Numbered from the stretch's first letter, positions 26,701 through 40,700 are shown. The stretch is DNA of 64,000 nt from Octopus vulgaris (GCA_951406725.2 OX597834.1:10292001-10356000), one strand, 5' to 3'. Translations and numbers: made by a program. The notes: generated from the letters alone by a model not told the origin.

Positions 26701-28415
26701 TTAAGTTAATATTTAGTAGAATGCTGTCTAGATAAATTACATGCCCGTGGTTTGAATACATTTCGTAATGCGTCCTTTCTATTGAGGCTGACCCATGATT
26801 AAACGACAGCAATAATGAGAAGGATGTCTCATTAGTGTCGCTAGAGTCTATGTAGACCAGGGCGGCGCTCGAGTCAATTTGCCGCTCTGCACGGGTCCCC
26901 AAGCTGAAACAGGCCTATACAGTAGTCCCTCCTTCCCAATCTGCTACGCTACAGCGAAAACATCAGCTCTCACTAAGTGGCCTACTTATTTTGAAAAGTT
27001 CGTTTAGGGTGAAAACAAGAATATATGGAAATAATAATGTCAATGTATATACCCGCCATTGAATCAGTATTTTTTCCTGTTACCTACTCGATTTGGCTTT
27101 CTATTTTTTTATGCTCATATTCATGAAATAAAAACATTAAAAAAAAACAGGAAACGAAACAGAAAGCTAATTCATATAAATAAAATGCGAGAGTAAGTAA
27201 TATTGTACCTAGAAAAGAGAATGGAATCTCTCAAATTTGGTAGAATTTTTTGTTTATAACAAAATATTAACGATTGAAGTTTGATAATACAAATGTGGAA
27301 TTCATCACCCAAATACGAATCGGAAGAAAATACGGCAAACCTGAGAAGCTTTGAAAAAAAATCATTGCACTTGAATGCTATTGATTTAGATTTATTTGAA
27401 GCCAATATTTTCAACTAACTAAATTTTGAAACACATATTCGTGTTTTGTTTAAGTACATTGTAATTACAAGTTTGAAGTAATTAAAACTGAGTTTAAAGC
27501 AGAGAAATCTTAAGAAAGTTTGATAACTAACATGTTACAGCGTAGTGCATTGCAACACACTGACATTCTTATGTTTTTGTTTAAATTTTTATGTCTAATT
27601 GTATTTTGTAAAACAATGCAATCAAAGATTGGAAGGCGCTTATTCGTCCTTCAAACACACGCAAAAGCTATTTACTGCAGTGGAACCGCTGTAGATCCGT
27701 GTCAGTGAACAAGTCGTAGAGGTTGCCACCAAAATTTGGACACCTAATAACGTTTACACGAAGTTTTAAAAAATGTATGTTTGTTGTTTGAATGGCTAAG
27801 ATATGTGTTCCAGGTTGTAAGCGTTTTAATTTCGACTCACAGTCTCAGGTCAAATCACTTGCCTGGAAAAAACATACCCGAAAAACAAAAATTAGGTTTA
27901 GCGATTGTTTAAAATGCAGTGTTGTCTCAACGCAAGCAATTTCAATGCAATGTTTAAAGATGTAACGATTCTGACGTTGCTCACACGTTTCTTTCCCAAG
28001 TGAAGCATTTTAATTAGCTATTAAAATAAAGTTCATATCCCGCGGAAACCAGTGAATGCCTACGTCGAAGACAGTATAAACACATTATTTAGTTGGCTGT
28101 CCTGTCAGATCAGTGTTTGGTGAGGAGTAGAAGACCTTACATTTCAAGCACTTTCCTTGAAGTGAAATTTAATGTAACGAAATGCAGAAATTATTTCTGC
28201 AGCTCATTGCTACACACATACTGTGTCGTCCGGTCATGCAATCATCTCTTTTAATTGTTCTGTGACACGTAAGATTTTCTAGCAATCGCATCAATTGATA
28301 TGATTCTACGAACTACCTTGCTCTTTACAAGGAGCGAACGAAATTGCAGCGTTCATGCTAAGCAGAAATCTTCTCGCAAGTTCGGTCATAACGTAACAAA
28401 TGATCGCAGTAGATT

Positions 28416-28978
28416 CTCTTCTACTCTCGGCACCAGTACCGAAATTTTGGGGGAGGGGGCCAGTCGATTAGAACGACCCCAGTACGCAAATGGTACTTAC
28501 TTTATCAACCCCGAAAGGATGAAAGGCAAAGTTGACCTCGGTGGAATTTGAACTCAGAAAGTAAAGAGAGGCAAAATACCTATTTCTTTACTACACACAA
28601 GGGGCTAAACACAGAGAGGACAAACAAAGGGATTAAGTCGATTATATCGACCCCAGTGCGTAACTGGTACTTAATTTATCGACCCCAAAAGGATGGAAGG
28701 CAAAGTCGACCTCGGTGGAATTTGAACTCAGAAAGTAAAGAGAGGCGAAATACCTATTTCTTTACTACACACAAGGGGCTAAACACAGAGAGGACAAACA
28801 AAGGGATTAAGTCGATTATATCGACCCCAGTGCGTAATTGGTACTTAATTTATCGACCCCGAAAGGATGAAAGGCAAAGTCGACCTCGGTGGAATTGGGA
28901 ACTCAGAACGTAAAGACAGACGAAATACCGCTAAGCATCTCGCCCGGCGTGCTAACGTTTCTGCCAGCTCGCCGCCTT
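28416..28978 (-). mobile_element. SINE family B, tandem multimer (period 174)
   Basis: aaatacctatttctttactacacacaaggggctaaac at 28574 and 28748; head ...ctgccagctcgccgcctt at 28978. Confidence 0.88.
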
Positions 28979-30087
28979 ATGATCGCAGCATACTGACTTA
29001 CTGAAGGGACAAATTATATTAACGTAATAGAAATAACAGCCATTGTTCCACATATATCACATTCTCTCCTCCGAAAGGATTGACAAATTGCCTAATGTAG
29101 TTTTACGTATACTATCAAAGCACACTGAAAGAAGAGTTACTTTAAGCCATGATGGCTTTATCAAGTTTACTCCACCATAACATGTGGGCGTAGGGGTTCT
29201 AAATAGCAATAGCAACAACACCAACAACTTTATGTCTTTTATCCTACCTTGGGCTTGTTTCCATCATTGGACTGCGGTCATGCTTGGACAGCGCGTTGAA
29301 AGGTTTTAGTCATTTAAAATTCGACCCCCAGTACTTGTGCTGTGTCTCGAATTTAAACAGGGACATTCATTCTGTCAGTTTATTTTTCCAATGGAAACAA
29401 ACCAGCAGAGATTGCGCCGTGGTGGAGGGAGACAAATACAGATACAAAGACACACGCACACACATATGCATAAACATGTATATATATCGCAACAAGGACA
29501 TGGTCTCTAGCTGAAACCAGTAAAAAGTAAATTATATTTTATACAACGGGCTTCCACACAATTTCCGTAAACCAAATTCACTCATAAGGGATTAGTCGGC
29601 CAACAGCTACAAAAAAAAAAAAAAAAAAGAAAAAATTGTCCAATGTGCTGCACAGTGGGAAAGAAACCGAAACTACATGATTGCTAAGCGAGCTCCTAAT
29701 CCATACAGCTATACCTGTATATTAAACATGCCTTTTATATCTCTGTCGTTGCTGCTTGGAGCGCTCATATTCAATCGCACATTAACATTCCCAAGTTGGT
29801 TTCTATGAATAAAGCTCTGAAACTTTGTGCATCCAGAACCTACGTGAAAACTTGCATCTGTCATTTAATATAAAGGGAACTGCAAGCGATAAACATCAAT
29901 AAGCTACGAATCTATTTGTTGAGAAACAGAAAACTGTTTTAGCATTTCAGTATAGTAACTGCTGTTTGCTTTCTTTAGTAAAAGCGGAGAGAATATCGAG
30001 ATATTATAATTTTTCCTCTGATCTTGATGTTCATACAGCACCAATCTTGCTTTCATTGCGTGGTTGTATGTGTACACAAAGATATGG

Positions 30088-30789
30088 TACTCTTTTACTT
30101 GCTTCAGTCATTTGACTGCGGCCATGCTGGAGCACCGCCTTTAGTCGAGCAAATCGACCCCAGGATGTATTCTTTGTAAGCCTAGTGCATATTCTATCGG
30201 TCTCTTTTGCCGAACCTCTAAGTGACGGCGACGTAAACACACCAGCCTCGGTTGTCAAGCAATGCTAGGGTGACAAACACAGAGACACAAGCATACACAC
30301 ACACACATATATATATGTATATATATATATACGACGGGCTTCTTTCAGTTTCCGTCCTCCAAATCCACTCACAAGGCCCGAGGCTATAGTAGAAGACCCA
30401 AAGTGTAACGCAATATGTGTACACAAAGATATGGCACTCTTTTACTTGTTTCAGTCATTTGACTGCGGCCATGCTGGAGCACCGCCTTTAGTCGAGCAAA
30501 TCGACCCCGTGACTTATTCTTTGTAAGCCTAGTGCATATTCTGACGGTCTCTTTTGCCGAACCTCCAAGCTACGGGGGCGTAAAGACACCAGCATCAGTT
30601 GTCAAATTTGGAGGGGACAAAACAGTCACACAAACATACATATATATACGACGGGCTTCTTTCAGTGTCCGTCTATTAAATCCATTCACAAGGCCTTGGG
30701 CGACCCGAGGCTAAAGTAGAAGACACTTGCCCAAGATGCGACGCAATGGGACTGAACCCAGAACCACGTGGTTGGTAAGCAAGCTACTT
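30088..30789 (-). mobile_element. Two adjacent SINE family A copies; the first has a 21-bp TSD
   Basis: tatgtgtacacaaagatatgg at 30067-30087 and 30414-30434 flanks the first (5'-truncated) copy, which sits at the tail of the second copy. Confidence 0.8.
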
Positions 30790-33240
30790 TATTTTATCAA
30801 ATTTGCCATAAAGGCAATACAAAAGGTTGGGTAGCTTTGCGGGCTGGACATACACATTGATAAATGAAAATGAAATAAAATGAATAAATGAGAGACGAAA
30901 CCCAACACCCACCGATTGGATTTTTCTCGAAAACATATTTTCTTTTTTTCTTAAATCAATATGAGGTTTCAAATCTTTTACTTAACATGTTTTTTTTAAA
31001 CACACAATTGAGGTTATAAACCGCTACAAATAATACAATAAAATGAGGTTTCAAACCCTCAAAAAACAGAAGGGAAAACACGGAAGAAATCAAAAAATAT
31101 GGTTCCAAATGGCAACTACACATTTCCGCCCACAGGTACTCCGAGGTGGAATCTTAAATCCACAGAAGACAAATCTTTGCCACAATGGGCCACACAAATT
31201 TTCATTGACTGAAACAAACTTCATTTTTTGAGCGGGGATACGCCCCCAACTTTTTTTCAACAAGCAAAACAAATCACAATAGCCGCCGAGAGCAGGCGAA
31301 ATTTGCTGAAAAAAATTCCAAAACAATAAATCCTGCCTTAAACAAAGAATCACAATAAATAAACAAAATCACCTACCTCGAATGGACTTCTTAATTGTCA
31401 GTTTTAGGACGGAGCACACTAGCTTATGTCCTCCTTGTACAAATGTTGAAGCAAAACACCAATGTACATGCTCGGAATTAAGCCAAGCTACTTTATTTTA
31501 TAAAATTTGTTATATAGACAGTACAAAGAGTGCGTAGCCTTGCGGGCTGGACAAACACATTAAGAAATGAAAATGAATAAATGAGAGACGAAACCCAACA
31601 CTCACCGATTGGATTTTTCTCGAAAACGTATTTTCTTTTTTAAAAAAAATCAATATGAGGTTTCAAACCTCTTAGAAGAAGGAGGCACTAAAACCTCTTA
31701 CTTAACATGTTTTTTTTTTTGGTTTTTTTTAAACACACAATGGAGGTTATAAACCACTACAAATAATACAATAAAATGAGGTTTCAAACCCTCAAAAAAC
31801 AGAAGGAAAAACAACGAAGAAATAAAAAATATGGTTCCAAATGGCAACTGCACAATGGGCCACAAAAATTTTCAACGACTGAAACAAATTTTAATTTTTG
31901 AGCGGGGATACGCCCACAACATTTTTTCAACAAGCAAAAAAATCACAATAGCCTCCGAGAGCGGGCGAAATTCTCCCAGACTTGGGCGAAATTTACTGAA
32001 AAAAATTCCCGCTCAAAACAAACATAATCACCTACCTCGAACAGACTTCTTAATTTTCAGTTTTAGGACGGAGCACACTAGCTCATGTCCTCTTTGTTCA
32101 AGTGCTGAAGCAAAACACCAATGCGCATGTGCGGAATTAAGCCAAACTACTTTTTTTCCTAAAATTTGTCGTTACAGAGAGTACAAAAAATTGTGTAGCT
32201 TTGCGGGCAGGACAAAAACATTAATGAATGAAATGAAATAGAATGAATAAATGAGAGGCGAAACCCAACACCCGCCGATTGGATTTTTCTCGAAAACATA
32301 TTTTCTTTTTTTAAAATTTTGTTTGAGGTTTCAAATCTCTTACAAGACGGAGGCACTAAAACCTCTTACTTAACATGTTTTTTTGTTTTTTTTAAACAAC
32401 AATTGAGGTTATAAACCACTACAAATAGTACAATAAGATGGAATTTTTATTATGATCAGGACGATCTTATACAGAATGGGACAACACAGGACAAACAAAA
32501 AAGTTATATGAGTTTGTATGGTATCGCTTAAAAATTTACTAAAATATATTTTATACACAATTAATTTATCCTTAAGCTAGAACTATTTTTAAAACAAATA
32601 AGAAACCAAAGCAAGAAAACGACTAAAAAATGAATAAAAAAAAACGAATAAAAAGATTAAAAGATCAAAATAATACAATAAGATGAGGTTTAAACCCTCC
32701 TACGAGGCTTTTTCACCTCCTATTCTTCGATATATCCATCAGTATCTTCAATGCTGCTTGAGTTCCTCTATCCCGCCATTTCCCATGCCTCACTCATGTA
32801 GGACATGTAAGTCGTGTGAGGGCCACCCGGCCATATGTGACACCCTCCCCCAAATCCTTTAAGCCTTTTCCACAAGGGAAACCTTATGACCTCTACAGCT
32901 ATCTGCGAAGGCCATTCGGGATCCCGTGTGAATGGCATATTTACTGTCTCTTTATGTTCTTCTACTATTTTTTCCACCTCCCCACCCTTGTAGAAAAATA
33001 TAATTAATTCATCATCTTTAAGGGTGGGGGTCGTTTCTTCCACCGTGGGTGGCACAACTTCGGGACATGCAGACGGCACATCACCTCTCCCCTGCGATGA
33101 CCCATTCTTCTTTCTTTTTTACTTTTCTTCCTGACTTCGGGAGAGTGGGGCCGCTTTGTCCGGAGTCTCTCCCCCACCTCCCGAAGTCTTAGGTTCCTTC
33201 CCGCCATTTCCCATGCCTCACTCATGTAGGTAAGCCAAGC
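30781..33240. repeat. Block of ~660-705-bp degenerate tandem units plus a coding-like direct repeat; origin unknown
   Basis: Units start at ~30781, 31486 and 32145 (aagctactttatttta...ccaacacccaccgattggatttttctcgaaaac...gaggtttcaaacc). The direct repeat tcccgccatttcccatgcctcactcatgtagg occurs at ~32771 and ~33199. Confidence 0.7.
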
Positions 33241-33271
33241 AACTTTCCACACTGACACTTCTACAACTAAA

Positions 33272-33673
33272 GGCGCAGGAGTGGCTGTGCGGTAAGTAGC
33301 TTGTCTACCAACCGCATGGTTCCGGGTTCAGTCCCACTGCGTGGCACCTTGGGTGAGTGTCTTCTACTATAGCCTCGGGCCGACCAAAGCCTTGTGAGTG
33401 GATATGGTAGACGGAAACTGAAAGAAGCCTGTTGTATATATGTATATATATATGTATATGTATGTGTGTTTGTGTGTGTGTGTTTGTGTGTGTGTTTGTC
33501 TCCCTAGCATTGCTTGACAACCGATGCTGGTGTGTTTACGTCCCCGTCGGCAAAAGATACCGATAGAATAAGTACTGGGCTTACAAAGAATAAGTCATGG
33601 GGTCGATTTGCTCGACTAAAGGCGGTGCTCAAGCATGGCCGCAGTCAAATGACTGAAACGAGTAAAAGAGAGT
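33272..33673 (+). mobile_element. SINE family A, full length
   Basis: ggcgcaggagtggctgtgcggtaag...gactgaaacgagtaaaagagag. Confidence 0.9.
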
Positions 33674-34088
33674 AATACATTGGCTGCATAATAAACTACT
33701 TATTAATCATAACCAAGGTGGCAGTCTGTCATATTCGTTAATACCCTAGACAAATTGCTGGGCGACATTTCGAACGACTTTAAATTCTGAGCTCAAAATC
33801 GAAATGCCTATATCATTCTCCCTCGTATCCTATCGGGTTTGGTGTAATAAGTATCAGTTGCATGTACACTGGGGTCGCAGTTGTCGACTTGCCCTCATTC
33901 CTCAACATTTCAGCCGTCACACTCATATAGTATGAAGGACAAATTGTAGGTAACTGTCAACTTGCGTTAACCACATCAAACATTAATTTCCTTACTGTAC
34001 ATGTTGTTATTCGTGTGTGCGCAAACACTGCTTAACTAAAAAAAAAGATGTCTGATCCGATTTTTCTTGCACTCTATGTATCGAATTG

Positions 34089-34480
34089 TGGAGGCGCAAT
34101 GGCCCAGTGGTTAGGGCAGCGGACTCGCGGTCGTAGGATCGCCGTTTCGATTCCCAGACCGGGCGTTGTGAGTGTTTATTGAGCGAAAACACCTAAAAGC
34201 TCCACGAGGCTCCGGCAGGGGATGGTGGTGATCCCTGCTGTACTCTTTCACCACAACTTTCTCTCACTCTTACTTCCTGTTTCTGTTGTACCTGTATTTC
34301 AAGGGGGGCGGCCTTGTCACTCTCTGTGTCACGCTGAATATCCCCGAGAACTACGTTAAGGGTACACGTGTCTGTGGAGTGCTCAGCCACTTACACGTTA
34401 ATTTCACGAGCAGGCTATTCCGTTGATCGGATCAACCGGAACCCTCGTCGTCGTAACCAACCGAGTGCTTCCATCATCAT
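34089..34480 (+). mobile_element. SINE family C, full length, tRNA(Arg)-like head
   Basis: ggaggcgcaatggcccagtggttagggcagcggactcGCGgtcgtaggatcgccgtttcgattccc (A and B boxes), a unique body, and a tail ending in (cat)n. Confidence 0.85.
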
Positions 34481-34648
34481 GTATCGAACACAGTCACGCT
34501 ATCGAAAAGTCCCAAAATGCATGCAAAATTGAAAATACTCCAAAACGCTGAAGTGTATCTGGTGTTTTTTTTTTTCTATCCACTGTTGGAAGAATTTTTC
34601 GACTTGATTTTGATATTAATATTAATGTGCCTTTCAACACAGCACGTT

Positions 34649-34847
34649 ATATAACGGGAAAGTTTACGAAAAGAAACAATAGACGAAGGCAGGTGGAGTA
34701 CAAACAAATAAATGTATTAGTATGGTGCTCAGGAATAGAAATAGAAAATGTCTTTTACGTTTCGAGCCATCGCTCTTCGACAGAAAGATACACAGAAAAA
34801 AACAAGGAAAGAAAAAAATGCGTGTGGGAGCTAACGCTCTATCATGA
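34649..34847 (-). mobile_element. Family H1 element with hammerhead-like motif (34751-34788)
   Basis: The - strand reads TCTTT CTGTCGA A GAGC-GATG-GCTC GAA ACGT A AAAGA. Confidence 0.72.
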
Positions 34848-34854
34848 TATATAT

Positions 34855-35128
34855 CACCGTGACCGACCAGGCTATCTGATGTTGATACAAATCGCTGGTC
34901 ACAATGCGCTTCGCATTGTTTTAGCCTTTAAATAACGCCACCCCGCTGGCTAAGCGAGCAAGCCAATAGAAGAAGGAGTGAGAGAAAGTTGTGGCGAAAC
35001 AGTAAAGCAAGGATCGCTACCACCCTCTGCCGGAGCCTCGTGGAGCTTTTAGGTGTTTTCGCTCATTAAACACTTACAACGCCCGGTCTGGAAATCGAAA
35101 CCGCGATCCTACGATCGCGAGTCCGCTC
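34855..35128 (-). mobile_element. SINE with family C head but a different 3' tail
   Basis: Its 5' ~150 nt match ~34120-34270. The tail gctcgcttagccagcggggtggcg...gatagcctggtcggtcacggtga is unrelated to 34300-34473. Confidence 0.75.
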
Positions 35129-35637
35129 TAGCATAGCTGCAGTAAAATATGAAACAAGGGAAAAAATAAAACTATATATGTATATGTATATGTACATACA
35201 TACATATATATATATATATAGATATATGTGTGTGTGTGTGTGTGTATATACATGCACACACAGACATACTATTCTTTTCTGTTCCACTTTCCTTCGTTTT
35301 GACCGAGGTCAGACTGGGGCACCGTCTTTTAATCGAAGCCATCAACCCCTGGCACTTATTCTATGTTTCTTTTTGCAGAACCACTAATTTACGTGGGCGT
35401 AAACACACCAACATTAGTTGTCAAGCGGTGATGGGGGAACAAACACAGATTCATGTGCGCTCACACACACACACACATATGACGGGCTTCCTTCAGTTTC
35501 CGTCTACAAACTTTAATCGGCCCGAGGCTATAGTAGAAGGTACTTGCCCAATGTGCCACGCGGTTCGTCTGAACCCAGAACCATGTGGTTGGGAAGCAAA
35601 GTCCTTACCACACAGCCACGCCTACACACTTACACAC

Positions 35638-35691
<54 letters not shown>

Positions 35692-35718
35692 ATTAATGTT
35701 TATATGTATACACACATA

Positions 35719-36110
35719 GGATCTTTTCGGTTTGAACGGCAGTTTTTTCTAGCGTTGTCATAAGAAATTGTCACCCATAATTATGACCCTAGTATCGATC
35801 TATTGCATTTCAAACTGTTTTAGGGTTAGGGTATCTTTTTTTCTTCACAAACGTAAATAAACCCAATCTGTTTCTTAAACGAGGGACATATTCATACGGC
35901 ACATGTTTTTTACCTCAATACACGTCAGTGATTGGTTGAAATTGCAGAAATTGAAGAAAAAACAACAAATATCTTACAAACTATAGAATTTTCTCAATAA
36001 AGCCAAGAGAAAAAGATGTTTTATAAACACATTCTACCAGTATATAAAGTTTAAAATTTTTTAGTTAGGTAGAAATTATGTTAAAAACTGCCGTTCAAAC
36101 CGAAAAGTTC
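35719..36110. mobile_element. Non-autonomous TIR element (~390 bp) with internal TTAGGG motifs
   Basis: TIR ggatcttttcggtttgaacggcagtttt / aaaactgccgttcaaaccgaaaagttc; internal tttagggttaggg. Confidence 0.8.
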
Positions 36111-36198
36111 TGACACTTGCCCAATGTGCCATGTGGTTTGCTGAACCCAGAGCCATGTGGTTGGGAAGCAATGTCCTTACACCACAGCCACGCCTACA

Positions 36199-36252
<54 letters not shown>

Positions 36253-37429
36253 ATGTATGTAATTACTGTTTATATATGTATGCACATATATATACATGTA
36301 TGTATATATGTATGTGTATACATACATACTTACAGACAGGCGTATGTTTGTGATTACCCCGGTTAATGTTCTCAAAAAACCTACGTCAGAAGAGTAACGT
36401 ACCATGTGGGAACACTAGATTTATGTCGTACCGAGAAAATCCGATTAAAAGTCAGAGATAAACTGCAGCCTGTATTTATCCCGTATTTTTGAAAAGATGT
36501 TGCTCCAATGATCTATGACGCCAAGCTATTAAAAATAAATATTGTTCACTCGAAGTTTTAGCAACGTTCATTCATTATAATTCATCTTTTGAAGTTGCAA
36601 AAGGCTGAAAAATATGAAACAACGCGTCTGACGAAACCGCAAAAAGGAAAAGCATAAATAAATATATAAAAAATTAAAGAAAAAAAAAGAAGAAAATAGA
36701 AGATAAATTAAACGAGGAAAATTTATCTAAATTCGATGTTTGGCATAAAGTAACACTCATGCTTGGCCGGGTTACAGGCAAGTCTTTATTATGGTACCAA
36801 TTTCTTTTTATCATAATATAAATAATTACTTCATTCGCTTTTCTAAAAGCAATTTTAGGACGTCAGTTTGTCTCTGAGTGGACGATAGTATAAAAATGTA
36901 CTTGACCTTATCGAACCCGTACAAAATGGAACCGATGCAAAAAGAATTTAAATTAATATTTTCGAATAGTCAGTGGTATTGGCAAATTGAGCAAGCACTC
37001 GCTTCTACGTGATATCTTATCATCCACGAGTGCTGAACCGAAATAATAAGATGATGGAATGTAGAATTAATACATTTCTCAAGTGCATCTTTTAGGGGTT
37101 TTTGGTGTTTTTGTTTATGTTTATTGTTTTCTTTTTTGGTTCTTTTGATGCTCCTGGTTTTTATTGTCTTTGTTGCAGTCAAATATTCCTTTCATTTAAC
37201 CTTTGTATATATACGTATGAGGGTACACACACACACACGTATATATATACATCTTTAGTGAATATGAATAGGTGTATTATATGTATATACATCTATAATA
37301 CACAACCCCTCCACATTTATATATATATATATATATATATATGTGAGTGTGTGTGTGTGTGTGTGTATATATATATGTGTGTGTGTATATATATATATAT
37401 ATGTGTGTGTGTATATATATGTGTGTGTG

Positions 37430-37477
<48 letters not shown>

Positions 37478-37510
37478 TGTGTGTGAATATATATATATAT
37501 ATACATATAT

Positions 37511-37547
<37 letters not shown>

Positions 37548-39325
37548 TGGAATATATATGTGTATGTAGATGGTTTACACGTACACGCTGTTTTTATAAT
37601 ATTGTAATTATCTGTGTATGTATATATATATATATATGTGTGTGTGTATGTGTATGTACACAGATAGATACGATACATATATCTACGTATACATATATGG
37701 ATGTATGTTTACATATGCGTGCACACATGCACCACACACGCACACATACACACACACACGAATGTGTTTATTCTGAAAGCGTTAGGATAAAAAGAAAGAT
37801 TGCTTTGTAGTTTCGGCTTCGTATTTCCGGTAAACTTTGTTAAAGATTTACAGTCATATATCATTGAACAAACGCTGTAGTTCAATTAACTTGTAAATAT
37901 AATTTATCTGATACAGCACTCAAGAAGACCAGCTACAGACAAACGGGCTCTCTTGTTTAAAAGTCAGGCGGAGATGGAATCTCAAACACATCCACGATGT
38001 AAATAGATACAAACACAAACCGACATACAAAAACCAAACTCATTTCTGCATATACACACAGATAACTTGTGGAGAAAAAGGGGAGGAAAAATGAAGGAAC
38101 AACTAAAGCAACCATTTATTCTGTTTATCTATTTGTTGATTTTTTTTTTATCCTCTTCGTTGTCATTCGTTCGCCTTCTTTCTTACTCTCCTTTATTTTC
38201 AATCCTACTTTCACTTTTACATTGTTTTCTTGTTTTTCTTTTTGATCTTTTGTTTTACTTCCATTTCCTGTTTAATGTTATTGATGTGATCAGAGTCATT
38301 ATCATCATCATCGTCGTGATCATCCTCATCATCATAATCACCATCATCATCTCGTTGTTGTCATCGTCACCGTCCCCATCATAATCGCCTTCATCGTCGC
38401 CGTAATTTTCCTCATCTCCGTCGTTGTTGTTGCCACCATCACCGCTCCTCCTCCGCCTTATACTCATCTTCATTATCATCATCATTATCATCATCGACGG
38501 GGGTTCCTTTTAGCCACCAGCTTCTTCTTCTTCTTCTTCTCCTTCCACCCCTTCTCCTCCTTATCATCATCTTTTACTTTTCATCCTCCTCTTTCTCCGC
38601 TTTCCACCCTCCCCACCCTTTCGTTTCTTGTTACTTTCGTTACTTTCTCAAGCCGTCCCTCCCACCACCACCCACATTATTCATTTCAAGAGTGTTCGCT
38701 AAGTAGAAATCAATACGTGAAGAAGGATCAAGAATTTTTCTGACATCGATATTGAGTGGTTCTGCTAGTGTGTGCTAAATGTAATATTGTGATCTTAGAG
38801 AAAACACAGTAATACTTTCTCTTCAATTATTTTAGGTTAACTCTGAATATTTTTATTTGTATGATTTGCGATATCATTTTGGTTTTTCTTTCGTGTTTTT
38901 CCTTCAGTTTTCTTATGTAGTTTTATTACATGACATTCTCTGGACTGTTGTTCTGATTTAATAACGTCCATACGTATCTATCTGTCTACATATTTTATGA
39001 CATGTGAATATGATATAAAATATTTCCCCTGTCAGCAAATTATCAACAAATATTTCTTTCACGGGAAACAGACAAATGTGTTGTAATTTTTTTTTATTAG
39101 TTGATACAGGCGCAAGGTTGGCTGTGTGGTAAGCAGTTTGTTCCTTAGCTACAAGGTTCAAGGATCAGTCTTCCCACCTGACACCTTGGCCGAGTGTCTT
39201 CAGCTAGAGCTACGGGCCAAACAAAGCCTGCCTTGTGAGTGGATTTATCAGAAAATAAGGTCAATGTGGAGTTTATCGCCGTAAAATAGTGAGAAAAACA
39301 ATTGCTCTTGAAAAAGAAAAATATT

Positions 39326-39729
39326 GGCACAGGAGTGGCAGTGTGGTAAGCAGCTTGATTACCAACCATATGGTTCTGGGTTCAGTCCCACTACATGGCA
39401 CCTTGGGCAAGTGTCTTCTACTATAGCCTCGGGCCGACCAAAGCCTTGGGAGTGGATTTGGTAGACGGAAACTGTAATACGCTCGTCGTATAAACTTATA
39501 TATATATGTATCTGTGTGTATTTGTGTCTGTTTGTCCCCCCACCAACATCGCTTGACAACCGATGCTGGTGTGTTTACGTCCCTGTATCTGAGCGGTTCG
39601 GCAAAAGAGACCGGTAGAATAAGTACTAGGCTTACAAAGAATAAGTCCTGGGGTCGATTTGCTCGACTAAAGGCAGTGCTCCAGCATGGCCGCAGTCAAA
39701 TGACTGAAGCAAGTAAAAGAGTAAAAGAG
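39326..39729 (+). mobile_element. SINE family A, full length (a degenerate head also at 39108-39250)
   Basis: ggcacaggagtggcagtgtggtaag...gactgaagcaagtaaaagagtaaaagag. Confidence 0.88.
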
Positions 39730-40700
39730 TTATTGTTCCTATAAAAAAATTAGTTCAATAAAGGAAAAAAATTCTTTTCATTATCAACACACCACCACCA
39801 CCACTGTTATCTCCCCTCTCTGTCTCTCTAAATGGCTACCTCGCTTGTCCATCTTTCTCTCTTTCTCCCTCTCTCTCTCTACCTTTCCCCTCAGCTAACT
39901 TTTTAATCACGTGATAAGTATTCATTCCCATTCGATGACATGTCGTTAACACTTCTCTCTCCCTCGTTGTCTCCCTTCGTCTTTTCCTCTCGTTCTCCGC
40001 CTCTACCTTCAGCTGACCACGTGATCATTCGGCCAAAGCACAAGCAGAAAATTAATATCAACCACTTTTCTCTACTTTTTCCCCTCTCTTCTTTCTTCAC
40101 TCCTCCTCCTCCTATCCCTCACACTTACTGCATCTCTTATCCACTCCACCTCCACATCGCAAACTAATGTGTAACGGGCGAACGAACGAGCAGATGATTG
40201 CAACTTATATACGAAGTGTGTGTTACAAATCATATTTACGCAATTCCGTTCAATTTCAATCAACTTTCCATCTTCATTTTTCTTTTTTCTTGCAATCCAC
40301 AAAAAAAACAAATTCGAAAAGTGGGTTAAGTTTCGGATTGCCTTATGTGTGTGTGTATTTGTGTCTGTTTGTCCTCCCAGCAACATCGCTTGACAACCGA
40401 TGCTGGTGTGTTTACGTCCTTTAATTCTTTCACTCATTGGACCGCGGCCATGCTAGGACGCCACTCTTAAGTACTTAGTTAACTTGAGCGAAAACAGTGC
40501 ATTTTGATTTTAGGCCAGGTACTTATTCTATCGGTAACTCTTTGCCGAACCGCTTAGTTACAATAAGGTGAACAAAACAAATTTTCATACTGAGGTATTG
40601 CAGACAAATATATATATATAAAGGCATACATACATACATACATACATACATACATAAGTATGCATGTATGTATATATATATATATATATATATACATATA

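Noticed and set aside
16830-28400. Possible decayed transposase/LINE fragments (~16830-17190, 19100-19600, 20560-21370, 27170-27420, 28000-28400)
   Set aside because: The texture is coding-like but I cannot identify any motif with confidence. Needs BLASTX.
19871-34160. tRNA genes at ~19871-19936, ~19939-20012, ~22080-22130 and ~34089-34160
   Set aside because: They have A/B boxes and an anticodon-like arm but no proper acceptor stem, and they run directly into repeat bodies. They are SINE-type heads.
35815-35835. Telomeric repeat
   Set aside because: Only two TTAGGG units, and they are internal to a TIR element.
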